Shown piece after piece: positions 1-11,338 of a DNA stretch of 64,000 bases. The notes below the pieces were generated by a model. That model did not search any database. It was not told the DNA's origin and was given only the letters and a program-made list of their open reading frames with translations. The stretch is from Lytechinus pictus. Taxonomy: Eukaryota. The position numbers were made by a program, and so were the translations under genes. The stretch covers positions 67,456,001-67,520,000 of the forward strand of contig NC_087247.1 of assembly GCF_037042905.1 (NCBI RefSeq). Reading direction: 5' to 3'. How positions within the stretch are numbered: position 1 is the first letter of the stretch; every line of letters starts with the position of its first letter.

Positions 1-1201
1 GGTTAGAAAAAAATGGAGAGGGGAGAGTGCTGTAGTGAACAGCTGAGCTATATCATTTCTCAGGCCATTACATAATCATGATATCCCCACCCTCTCTTCC
101 TCTTTCTCCCTCCCTCTGATAACACACAGTCCTGTATCTTTTTCCAAGAAGCTCCTTGCTTTTTCCAATTCAGCAATAAATGCACATGGACACTTCTCCC
201 ACTACACCATACTGTGTTGTGGTAGTGGTGCTATCCATTGAATTTATTTAACTTTTAAGCTGTTGTCCAGAAGATGTTCTAGTGAGTGGTAATAGCAGAG
301 CTGGATTGCCCCATCTAATCTGGTGGTGGAAGTTTTTGGTAGCAGGCGCTAGTTTGGGCTTGCTGTGAGCGTGAGAGCAGGAGAAAGCGCTGGGAAACTG
401 GAAGTGATGTGTAACTGGTGGAAGCATTTACTGCTGTGCGATGCGATAAGGTTGTAGACAGTGGATCAGAGAGCACATGGGCATAGTGAAGGGTGTCAGC
501 GCTTCACTTCTTCTACAACTTTACAAGGTTCTTCTGGAATACCTGTGCTACCAATTTTAGTGGAATTTGGTTGGATATACAGCAAAGAGAAGTTAATAAA
601 GTTTGATGGAGTTGTTCAGCTTGGATGTACATTTAGAGAACACCAGATGCACATGGTTGATAATGTAACATTTGCTTGGAGTTTGAGGTGTCTACCAACT
701 TGCATGATCAGCATCTCATAACAATTAAATAACTTGGAGTTGGTGTGCTCTTCTTGGAATGGAGATTATCTGTGGATCAGCCTGATAAATTAAAAAAAGT
801 GTATATTAGGAGCATCCCTTGAATTAGTAAAATGAAAATAATCTTTCAAAGTTGTAGGAATTTGCAGAAATTTGTTTTGTGAAGTTTGCTCAATTAGAAA
901 TCTTCAATATTCTTATGTTGGACCCCATCAGAAATAAAGGTCGTATTCAAATCCAGTGAGACTGCAGTCACATCAAATTAACAAATTAAATTGATTGATA
1001 ATTTACTCTCCTTTAGCTCTTATTTTTTATGAAGAAAAGTGAGTTTAAAAAAAATTACAGTAAACTGAATTTGTGATTCTCTCTGCAAGCAAGTGCCCAA
1101 ACTCTTTCCTGATCCTGTAATTAATACAAAGGAGTAAATTTGGAGCAATTTGGGAATAAATATTTTGTTTTGATAGACAAACCATCTTGATTGAGATCAA
1201 G

Positions 1202-1333
1202 ATGTATAGTCAAGCAGCCCACACTATGCAGGCGGAGTCTGGCTACCCTGTACCGGTAGCTGTGACTGTAGCATCATATCATCAGCAGCCGTCCATGTTT
1301 ATACCCAACTATGCACATGCTAGATATCCATGG
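1202..1333 (+). CDS. TCF12: Candidate alternative N-terminal (Alt-like) exon of the E-protein gene, MYSQAAHTMQAESGYPVPVAVTVASYHQQPSMFIPNYAHARYPW
   Basis: ATG in caagATGt context, 44 open codons and a strong donor TGG|gtaagc in phase 0, matching the phase-0 acceptor at 11172. MY...YPVP recalls the vertebrate HEBAlt start MYCAYPVP. An acceptor-like ttttgttttgatag ends at 1176, so the exon may begin at 1177. Confidence 0.6.
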
Positions 1334-1868
1334 GTAAGCAACCTTCAACCCTCCCGCTGGCCACCCGCCGCCCAACCATGTCTGTTTGTCTGGTCTTGGT
1401 TCATAGCTTGCTAGAACTTATTATATCCATTCATCTTGAAATATTATCTATCATGTTTAATTGATGTTTGTCTTGTAAATGCAAGAGGAATCTCTAGATC
1501 TTTCCTACCATATTATTATGCTACCTGAAAAATGCATATTAATATCTTAAAAGTTTGGTATATCTTTGTTAACTCATGCAATGTTTAATTCCAAGTTCAA
1601 ATCTTGTGTTGCAGTTTTTATTGGGAGTAATATTTAATTCCAGCAAATAACTCCTTTTATATTTAATATGGCCATTTTATTAGTCTGCTTCCATAATTAT
1701 CTATAAGTCTTTTTACTTACTTTTACTTTATGTCCACAATGCTGTAGTGTTACATGAGTGCCTTATTTAAAATTTAATAATGAAGGCTTTCAATCATGTC
1801 TGTACAGATCAATCCTGATTCCAGGCATGTGAAAGTACAAATTTAAAGGCAGTTTTTTCCTATTTCAG

Positions 1869-1910
1869 GATTTCTACCAAAGAGGAAGGTCATCTTCCAT
1901 GGATAGGAAG
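1869..1910 (+). CDS. Candidate 42-nt micro-exon DFYQRGRSSSMDRK
   Basis: Acceptor ttttttcctatttcag|, donor AAG|gttaga, open and phase 0-0. No homology recognised. Confidence 0.4.
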
Positions 1911-3047
1911 GTTAGAAAGGTTATGCTAATTGACAGTGTGAAGAGGGGGTGGGTGGGGTTTGCATGGATCATGAAGATGGGAATAGGGGTGGGGGTAAAG
2001 TATGGCAGTCATGTCCTTGTAATTTATGGAGTGAGGCCAAACTCAAGTAATGTTTCCAAATGTGACTGCTGGTCAAATTGTGTATAGCTCTGGTTTCGCC
2101 TAGAGACTTTTTGAGTATGCTGTCCTCAGGGAGAAGACTGGCAGAGGAAATGTTCATTAACTCAATTTGGTTTTATCCTTGAATATTATGACCAGAAGAA
2201 ATGGATATTTCCCATGTTTATGTGTTTGTGGGTTAGGATAGCTCTAAAATTATTCTGTATGTAATGGTTAATACAATAATAACTTTACATATTGTTATTT
2301 CCTATTTTCTTAATTCCTATGATGACCTGAACTTTTGGCAATATGCTACTCCTCGAACATCCCCCCCCCCACAATATGTACGACCTGAATAAAATTTAAT
2401 GGCTTTGTCTAGTCTTTGATCAGTAATGAAAATGATGGAGATTGAATTTAATTCCATTTTACTTTGTTGCTGCAGTTTTTATTAATCTTGGTACTAATCA
2501 ATCTCAATTTCAAAATAAAAATTATTTTTTAATGTTTACTAAAAAAATCTTCATTTGCTTATTAATTAGATTTTTTAATATAATTTTAATTTTCTTATTC
2601 AAACAGTATTTAGGCCTATTGAATTTTGGTAGATGTGTAGGCCTAGCTGGTAAAGAAGAGAGTATAGAACAATTGACCTTGCGTGGCATTGGTTGTAATT
2701 TATTGGACTTTTAAAATCTGAGCTGCCGGTTCCCATTTTTTACCTTTACCTGTGATAATGCATTATGATGCAAAAAAGGCTTTGCTAATTAAGTTTTCAA
2801 AATTGACATTGCATCAATAACAACAAGTTCAATAAACATAAATTCAATCTCCAAACCCCAACTAAATGTTTTCTTTAATTTACTTATGCCTATCAAAAAT
2901 CTAAATCATGTAGACACTTATCAATATGTACAGGGTGACTGAAAAATCATCATGTAATAAATCTCCTGATGAGATTAGTGTAACACACTTGTGAGTACAT
3001 GTATATGGAGTAATTTGGGATGGTCACTTTATTAATTTTATCTTTAA

Positions 3048-3435
3048 AGTTTTATGCCAGTTGCGGTAATGATCTCAAAATGACTTTTTACAGAATCCAA
3101 TATAACGACCGCCCAAGTGTCTGTTTGTATGAACAAAAAATATGTGCCAAAGGATTCTGGAAGAAATTGTGTAATTGCTGAGAAGTAAGCAAAATGAGCG
3201 CGGATTCTGGCAGGTCTTTATTCCAGCAATTATAATATACACTGTCCCACGTGTGCCTATCTGTGTTGGCGATCTTCAGTGTGATTGTTTTTCAGCTTAG
3301 AATTTATGATTTCACAAAGTTCAGTTTAAGTTACTGTACCAGATCTAGATCCACGATGATATAGTAATACTTAACCTTGGTTTTACAGACTTTCTCATGA
3401 AATCAGTGTTTTACTGCAACTACTTTCATTTAGCT
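3048..3435. mobile_element. Non-autonomous DNA transposon (TTAA-flanked, Kolobok-like), copy 1
   Basis: Near-identical to 57625-58008. TTAA on the left and tcaa on the right, with imperfect TIRs (agttttatgccagttgcggtaa / ttactgcaactactttcatttagct). Confidence 0.75.
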
Positions 3436-3927
3436 TCAACTTTTAGAAGCACAAAATGATGATTTTCTGACACAATTTTCTTCTTCAGGGTTTCATAATG
3501 ATGTCTATATTCTTATTATATTACTATATAGGCCTGTTGATAATAAGCTATCTTATTATTAAATAACATTTAGATATCATAATTTAATTTTATTTCAATC
3601 TTCATAGCCACTTATCGAGAATGGGTACACCCATTTTTGCCCATCCTGAAATTATAATGATATTAAGGCACCCTTTGATATGTTAAGTTCATGCAGTTTT
3701 GCTGTGTAATTTCATGAAATCAATTTTCTGATTTCATTATTTGCTAGACCTAGATTGATTCTGACAAGAACACCTTACTCAATCACTTTCAATTAAAAGA
3801 TGAAAACTGGGCTAGGGAATGAGCAATATTATCTTAATTGGAAATCATGATTGTGAAATGAAAGCTAAGAAATATTTACCAAAGTCATCCCATCTTGTCA
3901 GTCAGTCAGTGTGCATGATGTCTTGTA

Positions 3928-4412
3928 CAGTGCATATCAAAAAAAGTTTACACTTAAAAATAATGCTGTAAAATTATATATTTGTAATATCCTTATGCTT
4001 TTTCCACATTTATGCATTGGTACAGATCTCCTTTAAAAGCAAATGACGATATAACTGTAAAAAAATCTCTCCGCTATAGTGAGCACCACTTTTGAAAAAT
4101 TTGTTTTATTCCAATTCGCTAAAAATGCAAATGAATTGTATGAGAAATGTACCACAAGGTCATTTTGTTTTCACCTTTTTTCCTTGACCCAGCATGAAAA
4201 TTAGCATTTCTGTGCAAACTGATTTCTGCGAGCTTTACTTACAAAAATGGACAGTTCTCACTCAAGGTGTGCGATTCTGTCAAAATTTTTACTTTCATTT
4301 GATAGATGGGACCCAAACCCAAGAATATATTTGAAAAAAATTATCCCCATATTGTATATTTTTCAATTCCCAAGACTTTTTCAAAGTGTAAACTTTTTAT
4401 TGATATGCACTG
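3928..4412. mobile_element. Tc1/mariner-type MITE
   Basis: TA|cagtgcatatcaaaaaaagtttacactt ... aagtgtaaactttttattgatatgcactg|TA: ~28-bp TIRs and a TA duplication. Confidence 0.88.
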
Positions 4413-4800
4413 TATAAAAAGGAAATGTTTTATGCATGCTTAATTTACATATTGAAGATATTTTCATGAATTCAAAATAGGCAATAATATCATAGTGGGT
4501 AATGACTCTTTAGTGTAAATTATATAATACTAATTAATATATTGATTTCATATTTAGTTAACTGATTCTTACTTCTGTTTCTTGGCTGTCTGAAATTTAG
4601 ATCTTAATGACAACATTCTTAAATTATTCAAGCCAAAAAAATTATTGACCCCTCAACTGTTATTTTTTTTCAGTTATTTGTTATTTCTTGGTTGTTTAGG
4701 ATGTCATTATGTAAGACAGTATAAACTATCACAAATCTTTTTAACAGTAAATATCAAACTGCAGTTTCCTATACTTCATAATTTATAGATTCATTATTAA

Positions 4801-5338
4801 AGGGCAATTCCACTCCAACAAAAAGTTCATTTGAATAGAAAGAGAAAAGTCAAAATTTAATCAAAATAAGATGTAGACCTACAAGAACAGGCTTATGACA
4901 TTTTCAAATTTCAGGAAACAATGTATGCACAACTCACTGACATGCAAACGAGATATTGAATGATGTCACTATTTCATTTATATTTAATTGTATGAATTAA
5001 ACAATATTTAGCTTTTTACAAATAACAAGAGGTCACAACAATGTCAATTGTATGTTTCAATGAGGAATCGAAATATTTTACAATAAGGAGAAAATGAAAA
5101 TAATTTCATAATATGAAATATGGAAGAAATAATGTGTGGGTGACATCATTGTTTCCTTCATGTGTATACTGACCAGGATGATCGATAACTGTTTTGTACA
5201 ATTAAGCTTAAAAAGAACTAGAAAAATAATAAATAGCAGATCTTATTGTACATCCAATTTTAATGAAATTTTCAGTGTTTAGCTTGTTTCATTTTTCCCT
5301 TTTTATTCAAATCAGATTTTGTTGGGCTTGACTTTTCT
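4801..5338. mobile_element. Degenerate copy of the TTAA-flanked MITE family seen at 13709, 14483 and 46850
   Basis: ttaa|agggcaattccactccaacaaaaag start and internal similarity (catgcaaa.gag, tgaaattttcagtgtt). Right end is decayed. Confidence 0.6.
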
Positions 5339-6492
5339 GAAAGGTTGTTTTCAGATATTCTTGTAACTTTATTTTTCTTAGATCTACTTTTGTTTGAAGT
5401 GTTGTCCATATAATTGAGATTTTTGTTTTATCATATGAGAAAAGAAAATAAAGAAAGAATGATTTGCAATTCTGATATGGTCACAAGTTCTATAGTCAGA
5501 AGTTGGTTCACTAGCACAACCACTGAGAACAATTTGTAGTGATGGTGATCTTATTGCATGAGGGAAATATTTAGAATTTAGAATTTAATAATTAGTATTC
5601 CCAATAGATGAGGACTTACCACCGTCACTGTTCCTTCCTCCTTGTTATTACCTCGTGTTGCTTAGTTTCCTAACAACATTGAAAGATAACTCTATTAGGG
5701 TTTGTTGGGCACACAGGAAAGTATGGCAGGCTCCTTCTTGGCGCTGATAAAGGCACTGATAAAATTACGAAGCATGCAAACACTTATGTTTTACAACTTT
5801 TTCTTTCTTTTACTCTTCCGTCAGATTTTTAAGGCACATTATCTTGAAATGTTATCTTTTCGAGATTGTCATCAAAATTTCTCTATTTTTCTTTTGTTTT
5901 TACCTTTACAATTCAGCATTTTATATTAGTCTTCAGATCAATATCATTTAACTTGAAACTGAAAACCGATTATAACTAAATTAACCATTCACACTCTTTG
6001 TAAATTTTGTATATTTTGATATGTTTATTATTCTGTTTATTTGTTATGTTAGTGATATAGCAGGATGAAATGTTTATTTTGTGATCTTTAGAAGTGAGAT
6101 TTATTTCTTAAATACTTTCATAATTTTCATAAAGTTGCAGAAGAATTTATGGTATATCTATTAGGACTAGTCTTGTAAATGTGGGGGAAAAATACCTTTC
6201 ATTAATTCATTCATTCACATTAAGTAGAATTTTACCCTTATGTCAGATTGGATTAAATAGAAATTTAAAAGAAATAAGAACAAAAAGTAGAAAATTTAGA
6301 GAAACAAATTCATTTGTAAAAAAAATAAAAAATTAAAGGTAAGAGTAAGCCCTGATTTTTAAAGTTTTTGATTTTGTGACATTACATGTGAGCAGCTCTT
6401 TTATGATGATTAGTTATATAGTGTGGGATATAAATCCCATAAAATGGCTGGACTGGACTTTGTATTCAATGTGATTTCATGTATGCTTCTAT

Positions 6493-6893
6493 AGGGCCGT
6501 CTGCACCATCCCGAGTTTTCAAATTAGCGCGCTATTTCTGATACGGCAAATTATCCCGATCTGAACGATCTCGAGATTATTTGTAATGGAGACGCAATTA
6601 TCGCGCTAGTTCGTAGGATTAATCTCGAGATTGCAATCCCAAGTCAACTTGGGATTATTTGCAAAATAGCGCGCTATTTTACGAATTATCGCGCTAATTC
6701 GCAGGTGCAGATGCACTCGGGATTATTTATTCACTGCGTCAGACCATAATGCATTGATGCCTCGCTCAAGCAGGAAATGCTCTTCTTGCGGTGGTGGAGA
6801 CGGGTTTTTTTTAATCTCGATATTAATCGCGAAGAGGGGCGATCCGGCTAAAATCTCGAGATTGAGCAAACTCGGGATGGTGCAGTACCGCCT
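6493..6893. mobile_element. PIF/Harbinger-like MITE
   Basis: TIR core ctgcaccatcccgagttt / aaactcgggatggtgcag, 3-bp TAT flanks and a CpG-rich interior. Confidence 0.8.
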
Positions 6894-7717
6894 TATGAGA
6901 GAATTTTTTTCAGTCGTAACAAATAGATTATAAATTGACTGGTATCTCTGCCTGAACTCTTAAAAACTTGGTAAAGCCCATCAAAAGCTGTGGTAAAGAA
7001 TTTGTAAAGCCTTAGTAGGTAATGTGAATTATAGTAGGTCTATCATCAAACTGATCTTACATTCCAGTAGGCCTATGACAAAAGTGTAGTGGCTTTTGCA
7101 TTTTTTTTAGCTGTTTGATTTAAAATTTCTCGGTGATGTTTTTATTTTTTAAAAGCCCTTTGAGCACTTAATTTACAAACTTGGAAATTATATCTTGGAA
7201 AGCTGCAGACAAAGATGATATATACCTTGGTATTTTCAGCCCATTCCATGCTTGAGAAGGGGTTTCATTATAAACAAGGCAAAGTTCTGCAAATATTTTA
7301 TTTTGGTCAGGCACCCAATAAAAATAGATCTTTATGTAGAAATTTGTAATTTTTCTTATATATCCTTCACATCATAATCTTTTAGGACACACTCCAGCAC
7401 ACATATTCATGTAATCTAGTAATGAATTTAAGTATTCACATGTACTTTTGGGGGAATTTACCAAAACCAAAAATAGATTTTAAGCCTCCCTGATCATCAT
7501 AAGAATTCTTCAAGATGGTTTCAGTATTATTATTTCCATTTTCTGACATTGTAAAAGCTTGACTGTCTGAGATATGTATATATTGACATTAATCAAAGCA
7601 AAAGTCACTTTTTCAGTTACTTTCTCTAACCCAAATCACATGGTTTCTGACAATATGAAGCTTTACCATTTTCGATTGTTTTTCACCTCTTTTCCCCTGT
7701 ATTGTTATATTTGATAG

Positions 7718-7744
7718 GTCATGCTTGGTCGCAGCCTGGCTGTT
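7718..7744 (+). CDS. Candidate 27-nt micro-exon VMLGRSLAV
   Basis: Acceptor ...tatatttgatag| after a pyrimidine-rich tract and a weak donor |gttggt, phase 0-0. The peptide resembles ALGKALAS, which precedes IYS in E-proteins. Confidence 0.3.
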
Positions 7745-8750
7745 GTTGGTATGAGGATTGTATGAATAGGGATGGTAGGACCAGGGATAGGAGGGCTAGG
7801 GGAGGAAGAACCAGATAAGTCCAAGCTTGGATTTCCTCTGGATTTCACAACCAAACAAACTAGTGATCCTCAATGCGGCCTGTCAAAGGCAGTGGTGTAC
7901 TGATAGTCAAGCTAAGCCTGTGGTGCAGGCCTGTGATAAGATGGAGAGGGGTAGCTCTGCCAATTGGCGCAGGACAAAACTACCAGATAAATTCATCAGA
8001 ATACAAACAATAGTGGTTCAGGCTAGGGCTAAATCATTCCTATTAAATTTTTTTTTAGTTAGTTAGGTGCTCTTGAATTGGTCTCATGACTTTTTGCAAC
8101 TGATGTGATGTATGCAAAATATATTGTAATTGAATGGTCGCAAAACCAGTTACCAATCGTCTAGGCCTATGTACAAAATAATGTACTGAACAACATCAGA
8201 TTTACTTCCCCTTGCAATTTTGTGTATATCAGAGCCCTCATTCTGTGATATGTAGACTAAAATTTGACTTTTTATAGTTAAATTCAATTGGATGAAAATT
8301 GACATAAATACTTTTGAATGCCATACCCATTTCTGCTTAGTTGTTTTTCTGGTAAAGTCTTTGTATTTGTACAGACATAATTATGAATAATTTTGTTTGC
8401 ATCATTCTCGTCAACCATGTGTTCGTTCAAGGCTTCAAGCCCCTTGCCCCTATTTTCAGATCAAGCGCAAGCTATTGTAGTAATCCTTTTGGGGGAGACT
8501 TGTTGTCATGTACTCAACTTTGTGTATAATTTCATTGAATATTAACTCTTTTCACTCTTAATGAATGACATTTACATAATTGTAAATAATATCAGCAGCA
8601 AATTAAATAAAAAGTAATAATTCAAATGCACATCAAAGCTGTTGTGGAATTTGCCAAAACTTAAAAAAAAAAAAGCAAATATTCTTGTACAACATTGATT
8701 TTATAATTGGAAAATCATAAAGAGTCTGACCATGAATCTACAAAATGAAA

Positions 8751-9191
8751 ACCATGTTCTCATTACAGTCCTGAAACCAATTTGGAAAAGCACCTAGTAA
8801 TGTGGTTTTCATGACCACTTTGTTTCGTTTAACAGGCTTAAGCATAGATAAGAACTCAATTGTTGTTCTGGAAGCGATCTTCACATGTGTTTCGCACGCT
8901 ACTCTACACACGTGTGTAGAATGTCAATGCTGCGGTTTCAAAAATTTGTGCGAATGTCAATGCTGCGGTTTTAAAGTTTGTGCGAATGTCAGTGCTGCGG
9001 TTTCAAAGTTTGTGAGAAACATGTCACCTCACTTAGAGCGTTCTCATAGCAATAAGATCGCTTTACATGAAGTGGTTTTGAAAACCCATTTCAGGTGATC
9101 AGGTAGGATTGCTAACCAAGCTATCTTCCAAACTGGTTTCCTGAACCGGTTTCCACTTAAATAGTTGTAGAAGGTATACTGAGAACAGGGT
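8751..9191. mobile_element. MITE with an internal 32-33-bp tandem triplication
   Basis: TIRs accatgttctcatta / tactgagaacagggt. Three copies of gaatgtcaatgctgcggtttcaaa(g)tttgtgc at 8919-9015. Confidence 0.6.
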
Positions 9192-10957
9192 CATTTTGGC
9201 CCCTATCTATATTTATGAACGAAAGATACAAAATTGTCATTATAAAACTCAAAGTTGCATGTTGTATGTTAGGATCATGGTATTTGGAGTTGTCAATAAA
9301 TCAACCTGGCTAATGGGCTAACTAAAATAAAAACAGGTTCTCTAAATTACATGCTCTGTATAGGCCTGCTGAAAATGGCCATACTTTTCTTTGTAAGAAA
9401 TGTGTGCTTTGGAGGAATTAACATAAGTAACTAAAGTGTAATCTTATGACTTGTTTTAATTCCTTTCATGATATTGTTGTATTTCGTTATGTTGCACTCA
9501 GCAATAGAACATGATAGGTATGCCATGTCATATTGTATACTTAGGTACCAGGCCTCACTGAACATTGGAAATCATTTGCCATTTATTATTGGAATTGACA
9601 TTTACACACACATATCTACTTAATTTCTAATGTACAGTGTCATGAATTTCACTCTGCATGAAAATATATGAGGCTTTGAATTGAAATCTGATCCAGATCT
9701 CCCTGCCTTCTTCTAGTTTCTCACGAGACATATGGGAAAGATCTCTTGTGGCTGCCGTGTTCAATAATTGTTGGAAAGCAGTGATATTGGATCGGTCTCA
9801 GTATCTCCCTACCTCATCTTCCTCCTATCACTTTCACACATGTCCTGGGACCATTGAATACTTTGTTCCTGGGGAGTTCATCCCCAAATGCAACTAAATT
9901 GGCTTGTAACAAACAGACTGCAAATGCATTTCCCCCATCATCTATCATTAATGCCTCTGCTTTTCATTCTCGTTTGCGCCTTGCTTTCCACCATAGTAGA
10001 CTGGACAACGTGAGGAAAGAACCTTTTATCCATCTACATACTGAGCTCATTGTCTCTTGTCTCATCAAGCTAAATCAATTTCACAAATAATTTACATTGC
10101 ATGGGTTATGCCAGAGAGATTCAGTCTAGAAATTCCAACCTAAATATCAAGCATTCAGGATGAGAGGGCAAAAATGTTGTTTACAAATCCCACGCCACAA
10201 TGTTACGCAAATTTTACTAGAGTGGGTCATTCTCTTCTGTGTACTTTTTCCTTCCCTCAAATCTTTTCTTCGCCTTCCGATTCTGTCATAAAAAGTGTGT
10301 GTGCGCACATATGCGGGTGTGTGTACTACGCATTCCTATGTAGAAAACTTGGTAGGAAGAAATGGATTGCGTGTGAAGCAGCGCTTGTTCAAAATGCACT
10401 AATGACTTTTGCAGATGTCTCAGAGCGCCATCTTTTTTTCTTTTCTTCCTCCCTCTAAAAAGTTTAACGAAGAGAGTATGAGAGTGATGTGAGGATGTGA
10501 CAGGGTTGCAGTCCTGTTTGTTGTAGATCAGGTCAACATCACACACACAGCTCATTCAAGATTAGAAATGACAGTCAGTAGAAATTAGCTGAAATCACAG
10601 AAACCTGTCCCCACTATCTGCCACCCCTCCCTGATCAATCATGAACAATAAAAAGACAGGGATAGATGGTATGAAATAGCCACCAGGGAATTAACCCTTG
10701 ATTAGAGGATATATGTATTTTTTTAATAGATATCTAAAGTGTTAATTGCTCTGACATGCCTTGTTCATTCATGAAACGAAAAGAGTAAGCAAGACATTGC
10801 TCTTTTGTAATTAGTGAGTTTTTTCATAATCGATCTTGGTTGTTTATGATAGAGTAGAGTGATTGTTGAGAATGAGTGTTATAACACCTTTCAATCATCT
10901 GTATTCTATACTCTATTCAAATTAAAATATCGCTTCTAATATAATTGCTGTTTAAGA

Positions 10958-10979
10958 TCTCTCTCTCTCTCTCTCTCTC
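10958..10979. repeat. (TC)n microsatellite
   Basis: About 11 TC units. Confidence 0.85.
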
Positions 10980-11171
10980 AGTAATTTTCACTTTCTTTTT
11001 ACTCAACTTTTATGATTCTGTTTCACTAAATTCTTTTTCGTTCATACTTTCACTTTTTTCTTTTTCTTATTTTAGGCCATTTTGGAGCATGAAGTACATT
11101 TTATAATATCAGATTAATAATAGTCTTGCAATGAATTGATCTTGTCTTTATTTTCTTAATGATTCATACAG

Positions 11172-11250
11172 ATTTATTCAGCAGATCATCCTAATAGCAC
11201 ATATCCCTCCAATCCTTCAACGCCTGTTGGTTCTCCGCCGCCTCATTCAG
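11172..11250 (+). CDS. TCF12: E-protein exon IYSADHPNSTYPSNPSTPVGSPPPHS
   Basis: cag| acceptor and G|gtaaag donor, 79 nt, phase 0-1. Matches the conserved IYSPDH..SNPSTPVGSP block of TCF4/TCF12. Confidence 0.93.
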
Positions 11251-11338
11251 GTAAAGTATATCTTGTTTTGATGTGAGTAATATCAGAAAATGCTGCTTCA
11301 ATAACAAAAGTTAATAGCTTAGGCTATAGGCCTACTAA

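Noticed and set aside
461-721. 86-aa ORF upstream of the Alt-like exon
   Set aside because: GTG start and no homology; more likely 5' UTR, promoter or intron sequence.
6967-6995. LGKAHQK as the conserved LGKALAS exon
   Set aside because: No acceptor or phase-0 donor, and an in-frame context that does not resemble the family.
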